Source: Gammaproteobacteria bacterium (lineage in GTDB: Bacteria > Pseudomonadota > Gammaproteobacteria > Eutrophobiales > Eutrophobiaceae). From it: 64,000 nt of DNA. The notes under the pieces are model-generated. The model was not told the origin of the DNA, made no database searches, and saw only the letters and a list, made by a program, of their open reading frames with translations. A program made the translations under genes and the position numbers. This document shows positions 30,585-42,792 of the stretch, piece by piece. Position 1 is the first letter of the stretch. Every line of letters starts with the position of its first letter. The DNA lies in the NCBI GenBank assembly GCA_965238225.1, contig OZ250183.1, positions 544,001-608,000 on the forward strand. Direction: 5' to 3'.

Positions 30585-32024
30585 TCAAATGTGCAGAGCG
30601 CGATTGTGCACGTCCAAGGCGGCTTCATGTATCGCCTCAGCCAGTGTAGGATGTCCGTGTATGCTGCGGGCAATGTCTTCGCTACTTCCATCAAATTCCA
30701 TGGCCAATACGGCTTCAGAGATGAGTTCTGAGGCATTTGATCCTAATATATGCACGCCGAGTATCCGATCAGTCTGTTTATTGGCCAGTATCTTAACCAT
30801 CCCTGATGTATCCCCCATAGTTCTTGCTCGGCTGTTGGCAATAAAGGGAAATGTGCCAACCTTGTAATCAATATTGCTTGCCTGTAGCGCTTGTTCGGTC
30901 ATGCCTACCCAGGCAATTTCTGGCCAAGTGTAAATAACCCAAGGAATAGTTTGATAATTGACATGTCCAGCTTGGTTCGCAATTCGTTCTGCCACAGCCA
31001 CACCTTCTTCCGATGCCTTATGAGCAAGCATGGGTCCGCGAACGACATCTCCTACAGCATAGACATTCGGTAGATTCGTTTGGCATTCATCATCAACCAC
31101 AATGAATCCTTTTTCATCTAGAACTAGGCCACAAGTTTCAGTATCCAGACCCTCTGTATTGGGTGTTCGGCCTACGGCAACGATTAATTTATCAACACTT
31201 ATCTGTTGTTTACCTTCCGTATTCTCATAGACGATAATCACTTCTTGATTATTTGAGCCAGTGCCTGTGACCTTTGCGCCGAGTTTGATATTCAAACCTT
31301 GTTGGCTAAGAATTTTATAGGCTTCATCGGACAGCTGATTATCGACGGGCTCAAGAAATGACTCCAATGCTTCGAGAATAACCACGTCGGATCCCATGCG
31401 ATTCCAAACACTGCCTAGCTCAAGACCAATGACTCCTGCGCCAATGATGCCAAGTTTTCTAGGTGTTTCATCAAAGGCAAGGGCGCCAGTTGAGTCGATG
31501 ATTCTGTCGTTATCGACCTTTGCAGGTAGAATTTTTGTTGGTTTTGAGCCTGTGGCGATAATGATATGTTTGGCAGAAACAGTTATTTTTTCTTCATGCT
31601 CAGTGAGAGAATGCGAAACATCTACTATATAATGATCTGAGTTATCTTTTGATGTAATGCGTCCGTGACCATGCAAGAGGTCTATATTATTTTTTTTGAA
31701 TAGACCGCCTATCCCCTGTGTCAGGGTATCGACGATATTGTCTTTGCGCTTCATCATTTTACTAACATTCATACTGGCACCAGAAACATTAATTCCGTGA
31801 TGAGCCGCATCATTTTTCAGGTAAGATAAATGATGCGTCGATTCCAGCAAGGCTTTTGAAGGGATACAGCCGACATTCAGGCAAGTACCCCCTAAGGCTG
31901 TGTCGCCATTTTTTTTACTCCAACTCTCAACACAAGCAACAGAAAGTCCTAATTGAGCACAACGAATAGCGGCGACATATCCTCCAGGTCCTGCACCAAT
32001 AACAATGACATCATAATTTTTCAT
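30585..32024 (-). CDS. lpdA: Dihydrolipoamide dehydrogenase
   Basis: GAGPGGY, GGTCLNVGCIPSK and HPTLAE motifs. Confidence 0.97.
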   Translation of the reverse strand: MKNYDVIVIGAGPGGYVAAIRCAQLGLSVACVESWSKKNGDTALGGTCLNVGCIPSKALLESTHHLSYLKNDAAHHGINVSGASMNVSKMMKRKDNIVDTLTQGIGGLFKKNNIDLLHGHGRITSKDNSDHYIVDVSHSLTEHEEKITVSAKHIIIATGSKPTKILPAKVDNDRIIDSTGALAFDETPRKLGIIGAGVIGLELGSVWNRMGSDVVILEALESFLEPVDNQLSDEAYKILSQQGLNIKLGAKVTGTGSNNQEVIIVYENTEGKQQISVDKLIVAVGRTPNTEGLDTETCGLVLDEKGFIVVDDECQTNLPNVYAVGDVVRGPMLAHKASEEGVAVAERIANQAGHVNYQTIPWVIYTWPEIAWVGMTEQALQASNIDYKVGTFPFIANSRARTMGDTSGMVKILANKQTDRILGVHILGSNASELISEAVLAMEFDGSSEDIARSIHGHPTLAEAIHEAALDVHNRALHI

Positions 32025-32068
32025 TAACTTATTTTTTTATTCTTTAAAAAAATTTATATTTGAGTAAA

Positions 32069-33487
32069 CTAAATTTGTAATAAGAGTCTTGAGGGATCTT
32101 CTATTTGTTCTTTAACCGAGACAAGAAATTGCACGGCTTGACTCCCGTCAATTATTCGATGGTCATAAGACAGTGCCAGATACATCATAGGTCGAATTAC
32201 GATTTCTTTATTTTCTACGATTGGACGTTCCTGTATTTTATGCATGCCAAGAATAGCACTTTGCGGTGGATTTACTATTGGCGTAGAGAGCAAGGATCCG
32301 AAGATACCGCCATTGGTAATGGTAAAGGTGCCGCCAGTGAGATCTTCAATGGCTAATTTACTATCGCGAGCCTTTTGTCCAAGTTCTGCAATTTTAGATT
32401 CGATACCAGCAAACGAAAGTGTATCTGAATTTCTCAGAACAGGTACTGTCAATCCACGCTCAGAGCTGACCGCGATGCCTATATCAAAATATTCACGATA
32501 AATAATATCTTCGCCTTCTATAGAAGCATTAATGATAGGAAATTTTTTTAACGCTGCAACCGTTGCCCGGGTAAAAAAAGACATGAAGCCTAATTTAACA
32601 TTGTGGGCTTTCTTAAATTCATCTTTATAGCGATTGCGCAAATCAATGACAGGCTGCATATTTACTTCATTAAATGTCGTTAAGAGGGCATTTTCATGTT
32701 GTGCAGCCAGTAGCCTTTGAGCAACACGTTTGCGTAATCGTGTCATGGGTACGCGTTTTTGCGGGCGTTGTTCCTTGTCTATATTTGTTACAGATTTTGT
32801 AGCTTTCTGTGTTTTTCTTTCTATTTCAATGTTTTCTGAGACTATATTTTTTGACGCGACACCTTCTTGAGCTTTGGTTTTTGAATCTTTAATTTTTGAA
32901 GCGGCGACAGGGTCGACAGGATTTATTTGGACATCCTTGTTAAGCGTAGACTCTAGGTGATTAAGAACATCTTCTTTGGCAACCCTGTTCGGGCGTTCGC
33001 GTGTCTCGATATCAGTAGCTTGAAGTTTATTTTTTGACAATAAATTTCGAACAGCGGGACTTAATTTAGGTGCATCTTCAACTGGACTGGAAACAATTTT
33101 CTCTCTTGGTTCTGTTGCAGGTTTGCTTTCAGGTTTTGGTTCTGGATTTAGGGTAGGTTTAGGATCCAACAGCGTTTGTTGTTGAGGTGTATTTGCTTTA
33201 GGTTTTTTTTCTTTGTTAGCCTTAACAGGTTCTGTAACTGTAATTTTTTTGTCTGTATCAATTTTTGCAATCACTTCATCACTTTTGACGTCTTCTCCGT
33301 CATGTCTTAAAATTTCGATCAAAATACCATCGTTCGGCGCGGCGACTTCTAGCGTGACTTTGTCCGTTTCGATATCAATCAGGTTTTCACCACGTTTAAC
33401 GTGGTCGCCTATTTTTTTATACCATTGAAGCAAGTTTGCCTCAGCGACGGATTCTGCAAGAACAGGAACTTTTACTTCAATAGTCAC
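32069..33487 (-). CDS. sucB: 2-oxoglutarate dehydrogenase E2
   Basis: Lipoyl domain ETDKV and catalytic YDHRIIDG motif. Confidence 0.96.
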   Translation of the reverse strand: MTIEVKVPVLAESVAEANLLQWYKKIGDHVKRGENLIDIETDKVTLEVAAPNDGILIEILRHDGEDVKSDEVIAKIDTDKKITVTEPVKANKEKKPKANTPQQQTLLDPKPTLNPEPKPESKPATEPREKIVSSPVEDAPKLSPAVRNLLSKNKLQATDIETRERPNRVAKEDVLNHLESTLNKDVQINPVDPVAASKIKDSKTKAQEGVASKNIVSENIEIERKTQKATKSVTNIDKEQRPQKRVPMTRLRKRVAQRLLAAQHENALLTTFNEVNMQPVIDLRNRYKDEFKKAHNVKLGFMSFFTRATVAALKKFPIINASIEGEDIIYREYFDIGIAVSSERGLTVPVLRNSDTLSFAGIESKIAELGQKARDSKLAIEDLTGGTFTITNGGIFGSLLSTPIVNPPQSAILGMHKIQERPIVENKEIVIRPMMYLALSYDHRIIDGSQAVQFLVSVKEQIEDPSRLLLQI

Positions 33488-33578
33488 AGCGCTTTCCTTG
33501 AGTGGGGGTTCATTAGGTAAGTATAAAACTCAAAGTAAATCATGTAAAAATATCAATTGCTATATCTTTTGACATAGA

Positions 33579-36431
33579 CTAAGCCATGGTAGCTTTATTT
33601 TCGTGCACGACTTCAAGTTTATCCATATCCAGTGCGCGAGCCACAAGTTGCTTTTGTTGTTCTAGATGTTTAGACATATAACCTACAGCAGGCGATGCCG
33701 AATGGCTTCGCCCAGCATAACCTAAGGCATGATGGCCATCAATGCACCCAATCAGCGTGTTATGCGACTGAACATAATTCCAGCTGCCCTGATTTTTAGG
33801 CTCTTCCTGTACCCAGACGATTTCTTTTAAATTCGGATATTTTCTTATGATTGCTTTTACTTCAGTTTTTGGGAACGGGAATAACTGTTCTATACGCGTA
33901 ATAGCGATATTTTTTATTTCATTATTACGGCGCTCTTCTGCCAAATCATAATATATTTTTCCTGTGCAAAATAACAGGCGGGTAACTGCCGCAGGCTCCA
34001 TTTTGCCAGTCTCGCCTATGACTGTCTGAAATCTACCTTGTGTCAGTTTTTCTATAGGCGAGGCAGAGAGTCTGTTACGCAATAAACTTTTAGGACTCAT
34101 AACAATCAACGGTTTTCTATAAGGCCGCAACATTTGACGACGTAACATATGAAACATTTGCGCAGCAGTGCTGGGGATGCAAATTTGCATATTTTCCTCT
34201 GCGCAAAGTTGCAAAAAACGCTCCAATCTTGCTGAGGAATGTTCTGGGCCTTGGCCATCGTAACCATGGGGCAACAAACAGACGAGTCCACAATATCTCC
34301 CCCATTTTGCTTCGCAGGAGCTGATGAATTGATCAAAAACAATCTGCGCACCATTGGCAAAGTCACCAAATTGCGCTTCCCAGATGACCAGAGTTTTTGG
34401 ATCAGAACAGCTGTATCCATATTCATAAGCTAGCACAGCCTCTTCAGAAAGTATTGAATTTATGATGAGAAAGTTGGCCTGATTTTCACTGAGATGCTGC
34501 AGTGGCAGCCATGTAGCACCATCTTTCTGGTTATGGACGACTGCATGACGATGAAAAAAAGTGCCGCGGCTACTATCTTGCCCTGATATTCTTACCGAGT
34601 AACCAGACTCAAGCAGACCAGCGTAAGCCATGGTTTCAGCAAAGCCCCAGTCTACAGGTAACTCACCTTTACCCATTTTAATTCTGTTATCAATAATTTT
34701 TTGAACACTTTTATGTAATTCATAATCATTAGGGATAGTTGTAATTTTGTCTGTTAATTGTCTGATAGTTTCCTTGTTCATTGACGTATCAACAGGTGTA
34801 TCCCAAGCAACACCAATATAGGGGGAAAAGTCTATTTGAAATTTTGTATCAATATTTTGAGCATGTTTGCCTGAAACCCTTTCATTGTTATCAAGCGATT
34901 TAATGTAGCGATTTATTATTTTATTGATTACATCATCATCCACTACGCCTTCAGCGATTAGTTTGTCTGCATACAGATTCTTAACGTTTGGATGGTGACG
35001 TATGCGTTGGTACATTATAGGTTGTGTTGCTGATGGCTCATCGGTTTCACTATGACCTTGTTTTCGATAACAGATCATATCGATAACAACATCCTTATTG
35101 AATTCCATTCTATAATCGAGAGCCAGTTGCGCAATGAATGCCACGGCTTCCGGATCATCACCATTTACATGAAAAATAGGAGCCTGCACCATTTTTGCAA
35201 CATCAGTGCAATAAAGTGTTGATCTCGAATCAAGCGGATCGCTGGTGGTAAAGCCAATTTGGTTATTGATAATGATATGTACAGTACCCCCCGTTGCGTA
35301 GCCACGGGTCTGGGAAAGATTAAATGTTTCCATAACAACGCCTTGACCAGAAAATGCTGCGTCACCATGAATGATGATAGGAAGCACTTCCTTTCTTGCA
35401 AAATCTTTTCGTCTTTCTTGGCGTGCACGAACGGATCCTTCAACCACAGGAGCAATGATCTCAAGGTGAGAGGGGTTGAATGATAAGGTTAGATGTACAT
35501 TTCCTTTGGGTGTTTCGATATCAGACGAATAGCCTAGATGATATTTCACGTCTCCTGTTCCAATATCACGAACGTTTTTACCTTCAAATTCTTCAAATAA
35601 TTCTTTGGGATTCTTGCCAATATTATTAACCAACACATTCAAGCGCCCTCTATGCGTCATGCCAATAACAATTTCCTTAATACCAGCAATGCCTCCAGAC
35701 TGAACCAGAATATCTAGCATTGGATTGAGGCTTTCACCACCTTCTAGCGAGAAACGTTTTTGACCTACATATTTGGTATGTAAGTATTCTTCAAGCACAC
35801 TGGCAGTAATCACTCGTTCCAAAATACGTATTTTTTGACGCTTTTCGAAATTTGGAGCAGCGCAGCAGGGTTCAAGGCGTTCCTGTACCCAACGCTTGAT
35901 TTCAGTTTCATTAATGTGCATATATTCCACACCTATGGACTGGCAATAAGTGGTTTGAATAATTTTAATGATCTCACGAAGCGGGATATCATGCCCGCTA
36001 TAAAGTGCGCCAGTACTAAATACGGTGTCCATATCTGCTTCTGTTAATTCATGGTAAGCCAGATCAAGTTCTGGGATATTGGGTCTTTCGTATTGCCTTA
36101 ATGGATCAAGATTGGCCTGTCGGTGACCCCGAAAACGGTAAGCATTGACGAGGTGAAACACAGCAACCTGTTTTTGATGTGCAAGTACATCAGCACTTAT
36201 GCTACTTACAGTCTTGCCCCGTCCTTTTTGTTGCGCTGCTTCCAGACCAGCCTTTTGCATAGAAGAATGTGAGACATCTTGATGAGCGCTGGGGTTTTTA
36301 GGTTGTAAAGTCTTGAAATAAAGCTGCCAGTCCTTACTGACACTTTCTGGATCTTCAAGGTAAGCCTCATACAATCTTTCCACATACCATGCGTTGCCAC
36401 TGTATAGAACTGAAGACACTGGCTCATTCAT
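33579..36431 (-). CDS. sucA: 2-oxoglutarate dehydrogenase E1
   Basis: KRFSLEG, HGDAAF, WEAQFGDF and GPEHSSAR motifs. Confidence 0.98.
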   Translation of the reverse strand: MNEPVSSVLYSGNAWYVERLYEAYLEDPESVSKDWQLYFKTLQPKNPSAHQDVSHSSMQKAGLEAAQQKGRGKTVSSISADVLAHQKQVAVFHLVNAYRFRGHRQANLDPLRQYERPNIPELDLAYHELTEADMDTVFSTGALYSGHDIPLREIIKIIQTTYCQSIGVEYMHINETEIKRWVQERLEPCCAAPNFEKRQKIRILERVITASVLEEYLHTKYVGQKRFSLEGGESLNPMLDILVQSGGIAGIKEIVIGMTHRGRLNVLVNNIGKNPKELFEEFEGKNVRDIGTGDVKYHLGYSSDIETPKGNVHLTLSFNPSHLEIIAPVVEGSVRARQERRKDFARKEVLPIIIHGDAAFSGQGVVMETFNLSQTRGYATGGTVHIIINNQIGFTTSDPLDSRSTLYCTDVAKMVQAPIFHVNGDDPEAVAFIAQLALDYRMEFNKDVVIDMICYRKQGHSETDEPSATQPIMYQRIRHHPNVKNLYADKLIAEGVVDDDVINKIINRYIKSLDNNERVSGKHAQNIDTKFQIDFSPYIGVAWDTPVDTSMNKETIRQLTDKITTIPNDYELHKSVQKIIDNRIKMGKGELPVDWGFAETMAYAGLLESGYSVRISGQDSSRGTFFHRHAVVHNQKDGATWLPLQHLSENQANFLIINSILSEEAVLAYEYGYSCSDPKTLVIWEAQFGDFANGAQIVFDQFISSCEAKWGRYCGLVCLLPHGYDGQGPEHSSARLERFLQLCAEENMQICIPSTAAQMFHMLRRQMLRPYRKPLIVMSPKSLLRNRLSASPIEKLTQGRFQTVIGETGKMEPAAVTRLLFCTGKIYYDLAEERRNNEIKNIAITRIEQLFPFPKTEVKAIIRKYPNLKEIVWVQEEPKNQGSWNYVQSHNTLIGCIDGHHALGYAGRSHSASPAVGYMSKHLEQQKQLVARALDMDKLEVVHENKATMA

Positions 36432-36721
36432 AAGTGATCATTAAAGCGTGCCAAGACTTGTCATACCTGTTGTTTAAAGTGCCACAAAAGAGAGAAAAAA
36501 TAATTATAAATAATACTGCTATTACAACTTTATGGCAGTCGTTGGTATTGTTTATAATTATTTTTTTATCAAAAAAACACTGACAAGTTTATGATAAATT
36601 AGTGATTTTGTCATATAAAAACTAATCAATTGGGCTTTGCCCGCTTATGATAGCAATAAAATTGCTGCAATGCCATATTATAGGGTATGCTTAATGAGCA
36701 ATTTTTTGGAGGAGGTTTGTA

Positions 36722-38014
36722 ATGTCTCATACGGTGACTATTACTGACAACAAGACCGGCAAACAAATAGAGTGTTCAGTGCACGATGGAACCTATGGCA
36801 ATCCGGTGATAGATGTCAGTTCATTAAATAAAGAACTCGATATGTTCACCATTGACCCTGGTTTTGGCATCACTGCCTCCTGCCGAAGTGCTATCACCTA
36901 TCTTGATGGTGAAAAAGGTGTGCTTTTGCATCGCGGGTATCCCATTGAGCAATTAGCCAAGCACAGCACTTATCCTGAGGTTTGTTATTTATTGCTCTAT
37001 GGAGAGTTGCCAACGGCGACTGAGTTTGAGCAGTTTCAGGTGGAATTGCATTCACATAATATGGTGCACGAGCATCTAGAGCGTTTTTATAGTGGCTACC
37101 ATTATGATGCCCATCCTATGTCCATGTTAATCGGTGTTACCGGAGCGCTTTCTTCCTATTACCATGAAGCAATGGATCTCGAGGATCCTGAAGACCGTGA
37201 TTTAACTGCCAAGCGAATCATCGCAAAGATGCCTATTCTAGCGGCACATTGCTATAAACACTCAGTGGGACACCCGTTTGTTTATTCACGTGATGATTTA
37301 GGTTATGTCGAGAATTTCCTGAACATGATGTTTTCCGTGCCGATGCGCGATTATGATTCAGATCCTGTTGCTGTTAAGGCGCTTGACTTGATGCTAATTC
37401 TGCATGCCGATCATGAGCAGAACGCATCAACTTCAACAGTTCGCTTAGCAGGCAGTGCAGAAACTAACCCATTTGCCTGTATTACTGCAGGTATTGCGAC
37501 CTTATGGGGTTGTGCCCATGGTGGTGCTAATGAGGCTGTTCTGAGGATGTTAAATGAAATAGGCGATGCTAAGAATATTCCTAAATTTATTGTGCGCGCA
37601 AAAGATAAAGAAGACTCTTTTCGCCTTATGGGGTTTGGTCATCGTGTTTATAAAAATTTTGATCCAAGAGCGACCATTATTCGCGAGGCATGTCATAATC
37701 TGCTTGGCAAAATTGATACCGTTGATCAACCTTTACTGGACATTGCAATGAAACTGGAAGAAATCGCCCTGAAGGACGAATATTTTATTGAGCGCAAGTT
37801 ATATCCTAATGTAGATTTTTACAGTGGTATCATCCTGAGGGCTTTGGGCATTCCAACAAGCATGTATACGGTCGTGTTTTCTCTGGCTCGTTCAGTTGGT
37901 TGGATATCTCAGTGGCTGGAATTGATGGAAGATCAGAACCGCAGGATTAGCCGTCCCCGCCAGCTTTATGTTGGCTCTAAAAAACGTGATTATCTACCAA
38001 TGGACAAGCGCTAG
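36722..38014 (+). CDS. gltA: Citrate synthase
   Basis: [22 protein letters not shown] and YPNVDFYSG motifs. Confidence 0.98.
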   Translation: MSHTVTITDNKTGKQIECSVHDGTYGNPVIDVSSLNKELDMFTIDPGFGITASCRSAITYLDGEKGVLLHRGYPIEQLAKHSTYPEVCYLLLYGELPTATEFEQFQVELHSHNMVHEHLERFYSGYHYDAHPMSMLIGVTGALSSYYHEAMDLEDPEDRDLTAKRIIAKMPILAAHCYKHSVGHPFVYSRDDLGYVENFLNMMFSVPMRDYDSDPVAVKALDLMLILHADHEQNASTSTVRLAGSAETNPFACITAGIATLWGCAHGGANEAVLRMLNEIGDAKNIPKFIVRAKDKEDSFRLMGFGHRVYKNFDPRATIIREACHNLLGKIDTVDQPLLDIAMKLEEIALKDEYFIERKLYPNVDFYSGIILRALGIPTSMYTVVFSLARSVGWISQWLELMEDQNRRISRPRQLYVGSKKRDYLPMDKR

Positions 38015-38066
38015 AAGAAAGGATTTTTTTCATAACATCATTAAAAAAAGAGGAAGATTGTTCAAG

Positions 38067-39041
38067 ATGAAGTCCCCAGTCCGAGTTGCAATAACGGGAG
38101 CAGCAGGTCAGATATGCTACTCATTGCTATTTAGAATCGCTGCTGGCGAGATGTTGGGTAAGGATCAGCCTGTAATTTTTCAGCTACTAGAAATTACCCC
38201 CGCAATGAAGGCTCTACAGGGTGTGGCCATGGAAATTGATGACTGTGCTTTTCCATTGGTAGCCGGTTTTGTTTTAACTGATGATGGTAATATCGCATTC
38301 AAGGATGTGGATTATGCGTTATTAGTTGGCGCAAAACCGCGTGTTGCCGGTATGGAGCGCAGTGATCTGCTTGAAGTAAATGGCGGTATTTTTAAGCTTC
38401 AAGGGAAGGCTCTAAATGACAATGCCAGTCCTGATGTCAAGGTGGTGGTGGTGGGCAATCCCGCCAACACGAATGCCAATACGGCAATGATTAATGCACC
38501 AGATCTTAAACCTGAAAGCTTTACAGCCTTAATGCGTTTGGATCACAATCGTGCCTTAGCGCAATTGGCTGCCAAGACAAATGCAGATGTTAGTGATATA
38601 AAAAAGATGACTGTTTGGGGGAATCATTCGACCACACAGTATCCCGATCTGAGTTATACGACTGTAGGTGGCAAGCCTGCGCATGATTTGGTAGATAGAA
38701 GCTGGTACGAGAATGATTACATTCCAAGGGTTGCCAAACGCGGTGCCGAGATTATTGATGCGCGTGGCGCCTCTAGTGCGGCATCTGCTGCCAATGGCGC
38801 CATTAACCATATTCATGACTGGGTTTTAGGGACAGCGGATGGTGACTGGGTTAGCATGGCAGTACCCAGTGATGGCAGTTATGATATTCCAAAAGGCTTG
38901 ACTTATTCATTTCCAGTGACCTGTAGTAATGGTCAATATTCAATTGTTCAGGGTTTAGAGATTGATGATTTTAGTCAGAAGAGGATGGAGATTACACAGA
39001 AGGAATTGGAGGAGGAGCGGGACGCAGTAGCTAAAATTTAG
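38067..39041 (+). CDS. mdh: Malate dehydrogenase
   Basis: [22 protein letters not shown] and WGNHS motifs; likely start MKSPVR at 38067. Confidence 0.96.
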   Translation: MKSPVRVAITGAAGQICYSLLFRIAAGEMLGKDQPVIFQLLEITPAMKALQGVAMEIDDCAFPLVAGFVLTDDGNIAFKDVDYALLVGAKPRVAGMERSDLLEVNGGIFKLQGKALNDNASPDVKVVVVGNPANTNANTAMINAPDLKPESFTALMRLDHNRALAQLAAKTNADVSDIKKMTVWGNHSTTQYPDLSYTTVGGKPAHDLVDRSWYENDYIPRVAKRGAEIIDARGASSAASAANGAINHIHDWVLGTADGDWVSMAVPSDGSYDIPKGLTYSFPVTCSNGQYSIVQGLEIDDFSQKRMEITQKELEEERDAVAKI

Positions 39042-39046
39042 CTTTT

Positions 39047-39195
39047 GTGCCAAGGATGCGACCATCGTCACGATGGCATGGGTGTCATTGAGCGAGGTCT
39101 TGATTTCAATTCGGTATAAAATCTATTAACGATGCTATCGTCATTTCTGCGCAGGCAGGAATGACGGCTGTATGGATGCTAGGAAGAGCACGCCT
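39047..39195. repeat. Cluster of REP-like palindromes downstream of mdh
   Basis: CGTCATTTCTGCGCAGGCAGGAATGACG hairpin plus two GGATG-containing units. Confidence 0.5.
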
Positions 39196-39461
39196 CGTAA
39201 GACAAGGCTTGAGTCAATTTTAGGTGACTTTAAATTCCTTTTTTGCAATTATCGAGTAGCGGATTTCAAACTGCTGAAGATAGCTGCAATTGTTTCTATA
39301 TTGGGCATAAAATCTCTTGTGTAGCATCTCTTTATGAATCACTACATTTTAAGGAATAGTCTACCTGATAACACCATTATTGATGCTAGAAGATGTTAGT
39401 GACAAATCCTTTTTTATTCATTTGTCAGATGCACTTAAGTAAGTCCTTCTACCAAGAGCGT

Positions 39462-40115
39462 CTATCTCAGACTGATTATCGGCCAATTTCGTCGTTTAGC
39501 TTCAGTCCTCAAAGTATCATCCGGATCAACTGCAATTGGACGGGTGACCTTGTCTAATAAGGGGATGTCATTGTGTGAGTCGCTGTAGAACCAGCTGATT
39601 GTAGCTTCGATATTATTTTCCTGTAACCATTGTTCATAGCGGATGACTTTGCCTTCGGCAAAGGAGGGGGTGGCGCTTAATTTGCCAGTATATTGGCCAT
39701 TGTTTAACTCAGGTTCTGATGCTATCAGGTAATTTATGTTAAATAATTTTGCAATAGGGGCAGTGATAAAACTATTGGCAGCAGTAATGATCATTAATTT
39801 ATGTCCTCTGTTACGGTGGTTCTCAATTAGATCGATTGCTTTGGGCAGTATGGCAGGTTTAATTTTTTCTTCGAGGAATCTTGTGCGCCAAGCGAGTATT
39901 GTTTTCATGTCGTTTTCAAGCAGTGGGCGAAATTGAAATTCTAGGAATTCATTTATATTCAGTTTGCCTTTTAGGTAATCATCGTAGTAACGATCATTTT
40001 TGTTGTTGTGTTTTTCTTTATCTACGTAGCCGTTTTCGCCAAGAAATTGCCCCCAGAGATAATCGCTATCGCCAGCCAATAAGGTATTGTCCAAATCAAA
40101 TATCGCTAATTCCAA
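39462..40115 (-). CDS. HAD-IB family phosphatase (SerB-like/histidinol-phosphatase-like)
   Basis: IFDLDNTLL and FYSDSHNDIPLL motifs. Confidence 0.88.
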   Translation of the reverse strand: MELAIFDLDNTLLAGDSDYLWGQFLGENGYVDKEKHNNKNDRYYDDYLKGKLNINEFLEFQFRPLLENDMKTILAWRTRFLEEKIKPAILPKAIDLIENHRNRGHKLMIITAANSFITAPIAKLFNINYLIASEPELNNGQYTGKLSATPSFAEGKVIRYEQWLQENNIEATISWFYSDSHNDIPLLDKVTRPIAVDPDDTLRTEAKRRNWPIISLR

Positions 40116-40298
40116 GTCAATAACGCTCTGTTAGTGTTAATAAATATTACAGGCAGTTTATACCCAAATCAGGCAAACTCTAAAAACTATATTTTAGGCG
40201 GTTTGGGTGTAGGCTCTGTGCCTATGAAGTTAAAATATTCAGCTAAAATTTGCGGCAATGGTGCCTGTGTGGAAGAATTAGCACATAATACTTGAGGT

Positions 40299-40778
40299 AT
40301 GGTTATGATTGATTCGGAAGGGTTTAGGGACAATGTAGGCATTGTTTTGAGCAATGATGGGGGGCAGGTATTTTGGGCCAAGCGTATCGGACAGGATGCA
40401 TGGCAATTCCCGCAAGGCGGCATCAAGGCGGACGAAAGTGCAGAAGTCGCTATGTACAGAGAGTTAAGGGAAGAGGTTGGCCTGCTGTCAGAGCATGTAG
40501 AGATTGTTGTTTGTACCAATGATTGGTTGAAATACTGGTTGCCGGAAAAATTTATCCGATATGACTCTTTGCCTTTGTGTGTCGGTCAGAAACAAATATG
40601 GTATTTATTAAAACTGGTAGTAGACGAGGCAAATATTAATCTGGCGCACTCAAAGAAACCAGAGTTCGATCATTGGGAATGGATAGATTACTGGACACCT
40701 GTCAGAAAAGTTGTCGATTTCAAAAGAAACGTCTATCAACAGGCGCTCAATGAATTTTCGTCTTTTTTATTTCCCTAA
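40299..40778 (+). CDS. rppH: RNA pyrophosphohydrolase
   Basis: WQFPQGG, Nudix box RELREEVG, GQKQ and PEFD motifs. Confidence 0.95.
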   Translation: MVMIDSEGFRDNVGIVLSNDGGQVFWAKRIGQDAWQFPQGGIKADESAEVAMYRELREEVGLLSEHVEIVVCTNDWLKYWLPEKFIRYDSLPLCVGQKQIWYLLKLVVDEANINLAHSKKPEFDHWEWIDYWTPVRKVVDFKRNVYQQALNEFSSFLFP

Positions 40779-41204
40779 ATTAATAAGCCCAGCGTTATTT
40801 TTTGTTTTGTTGACATCATAAACATAATTTCTGGCATGACTCGCCGTGCAGATTTTCCATTTAGTTTTTTTATATAGCCTTTCTTGAAGCTTGGCAGAAA
40901 TCTCTTTTCAGTAAACCAGTCATTCAATTTCTCTAGCTTCACGGAACATTTTTTCATAGCAACATCGACTACATGCCGAGGATCATTATAGTTAGCCACT
41001 TCAGCGCGAGAAGTGTCTGTCAAACATTTATTATAAGCGCTGCTAAACTCTAACATCGTACTGTTAATGTTCTTTAGTGACATCACTTTGCAATATGTGT
41101 TCAGATTCCGAACTCATTTCTGGGCTGCTGTCTGCTGCTGCTTAGGCGATACACATAAAGCTTGTAATTAATAATAATACAAGTTTTATAATTTGGTTCT
41201 TCAT
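40775..41204 (-). pseudogene. Small secreted Cys-containing protein, 5' part disrupted
   Basis: Signal-peptide-like MKNQIIKLVLLITSFMCIA, then in-frame TAA and a frameshift before ORF 40775..41086. Confidence 0.5.
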
Positions 41205-41539
41205 TCGCGTATTAACAAAACTTAGTCTTTAAAATCCTAGTCCTGAAAATCCTTTATGTTTGTTTTATTATTCCAACTCCGCTGCTTTGGATTATAGGAT
41301 TTTATACTGGAGCGGTCTATGAGAACATGTAAGAATAAAGTAATAAGATTAATGTACTTAAATTATGATGAATTATTTCGGATCGGGATGTATGTCGCAT
41401 TTTCGAGCATCGCGTTTTTTAGACTGATAGAACCTAATAGGGCAAGCCTACTGACAGCATTATTTGTTGACTTATTTGGAGATTTTATACGAAAAACGGA
41501 TGTCAAAGCAGAAACTTAAACACAATAAATGAATTTCTT

Positions 41540-42616
41540 ATGAAACTATTTTCTGGAAATATACCGTTAGGATCCGTCATGATGGATCTACGTGGAACTA
41601 CGCTTGCAGATGATGAAAAAGCACTATTGCTGCACCCTTTGGTCGGTGGTGTTATTTATTTTTCTCGTAATTACGAATCACCAGAGCAAATAGCCCTACT
41701 TTCAAAAGAGATTCATAGTTTACGCGAACCTCGCTTATTAATCGCAGTTGATCATGAAGGCGGACGGGTACAAAGATTTCAAGATGGCTTTACAAGATTA
41801 CCTGCCTTACAGTTGATTGGAGAACGCTACGATAAAGATAAACAGGCAGGATTAAGGCTTGCCGAAAAAGTCGGGTGGTTGATGGCGATTGAGCTTCGGG
41901 CTGTGGATATTGACTTTAGTTTTGCCCCTGTGCTGGATATTTGTAAAGGGGTCAGTCAAGTGATTGGTGATCGGTCGTTCCATAGGGATCCAGAATGTGT
42001 TGCTGAATTATCCAAGGCCTATATGCATGGTATGCGTCACGCTGGAATGGCTGCAGTTGGGAAACATTTCCCTGGGCATGGATCAGTGAAGGAAGATTCG
42101 CATCTTGCAATACCTTTTGATGGGAGAAGATTTGAAGATATTCAGATGGATGATATGGTGCCGTTTGAACAATTAATTCATGCAGGTCTTAAAGCGATTA
42201 TGCCTGCACATGTCATTTATTCTGAAGTAGATGATAAGCCTGCTGGGTTTTCATCTGTTTGGTTAGGCAATATCTTGCGCGAGCAACTGAAATTTCAGGG
42301 GGTTATTTTTAGTGATGATATAAATATGGCAGGTGCAAAAGCCGTTGGCGATTATATAACCCGCGCACATTGTGCATTAGAAGCAGGTTGCGACATGGTG
42401 CTTATGTGTAATAATCAGTCGGCAGCTATTGAAGTGCTGAATAAGCTTAAAAAAGAACCAGATCCAGCATCACAAGGTCGGTTAGTAAGTATGCATGGGA
42501 AAAACGAATTTGATTCTACGGAATTGAAAAATGATGAAGCGTGGCAAGCTGTCTCAGGTGAAATTTCCGATATTGTTGTTGAGCATGAGTTGGTGCTAGG
42601 TGATGATGCGATATAG
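41540..42616 (+). CDS. nagZ: Beta-N-acetylglucosaminidase
   Basis: VDHEGGRVQR, KHFPGHG..EDSH and FSDDINM motifs. Confidence 0.96.
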   Translation: MKLFSGNIPLGSVMMDLRGTTLADDEKALLLHPLVGGVIYFSRNYESPEQIALLSKEIHSLREPRLLIAVDHEGGRVQRFQDGFTRLPALQLIGERYDKDKQAGLRLAEKVGWLMAIELRAVDIDFSFAPVLDICKGVSQVIGDRSFHRDPECVAELSKAYMHGMRHAGMAAVGKHFPGHGSVKEDSHLAIPFDGRRFEDIQMDDMVPFEQLIHAGLKAIMPAHVIYSEVDDKPAGFSSVWLGNILREQLKFQGVIFSDDINMAGAKAVGDYITRAHCALEAGCDMVLMCNNQSAAIEVLNKLKKEPDPASQGRLVSMHGKNEFDSTELKNDEAWQAVSGEISDIVVEHELVLGDDAI

Positions 42617-42792
42617 ACACAGAAAAATACTCCTGCTGTTTGTAAGCATTTTCTCGTATCGCGTTTGAGCTTGATAATTGCCATTGGGCAGTAATAGCAT
42701 TATAGAAAATTTTAAGCCAACAAAGATTTTAAAATAACTAGTGATTGTACAATAACCGAAATTTATTGATCATGATATAAGGTCTGGTATTT

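Noticed and set aside
41319-41519. 66-aa ORF upstream of nagZ
   Set aside because: No recognisable motif; cannot be supported as a gene.
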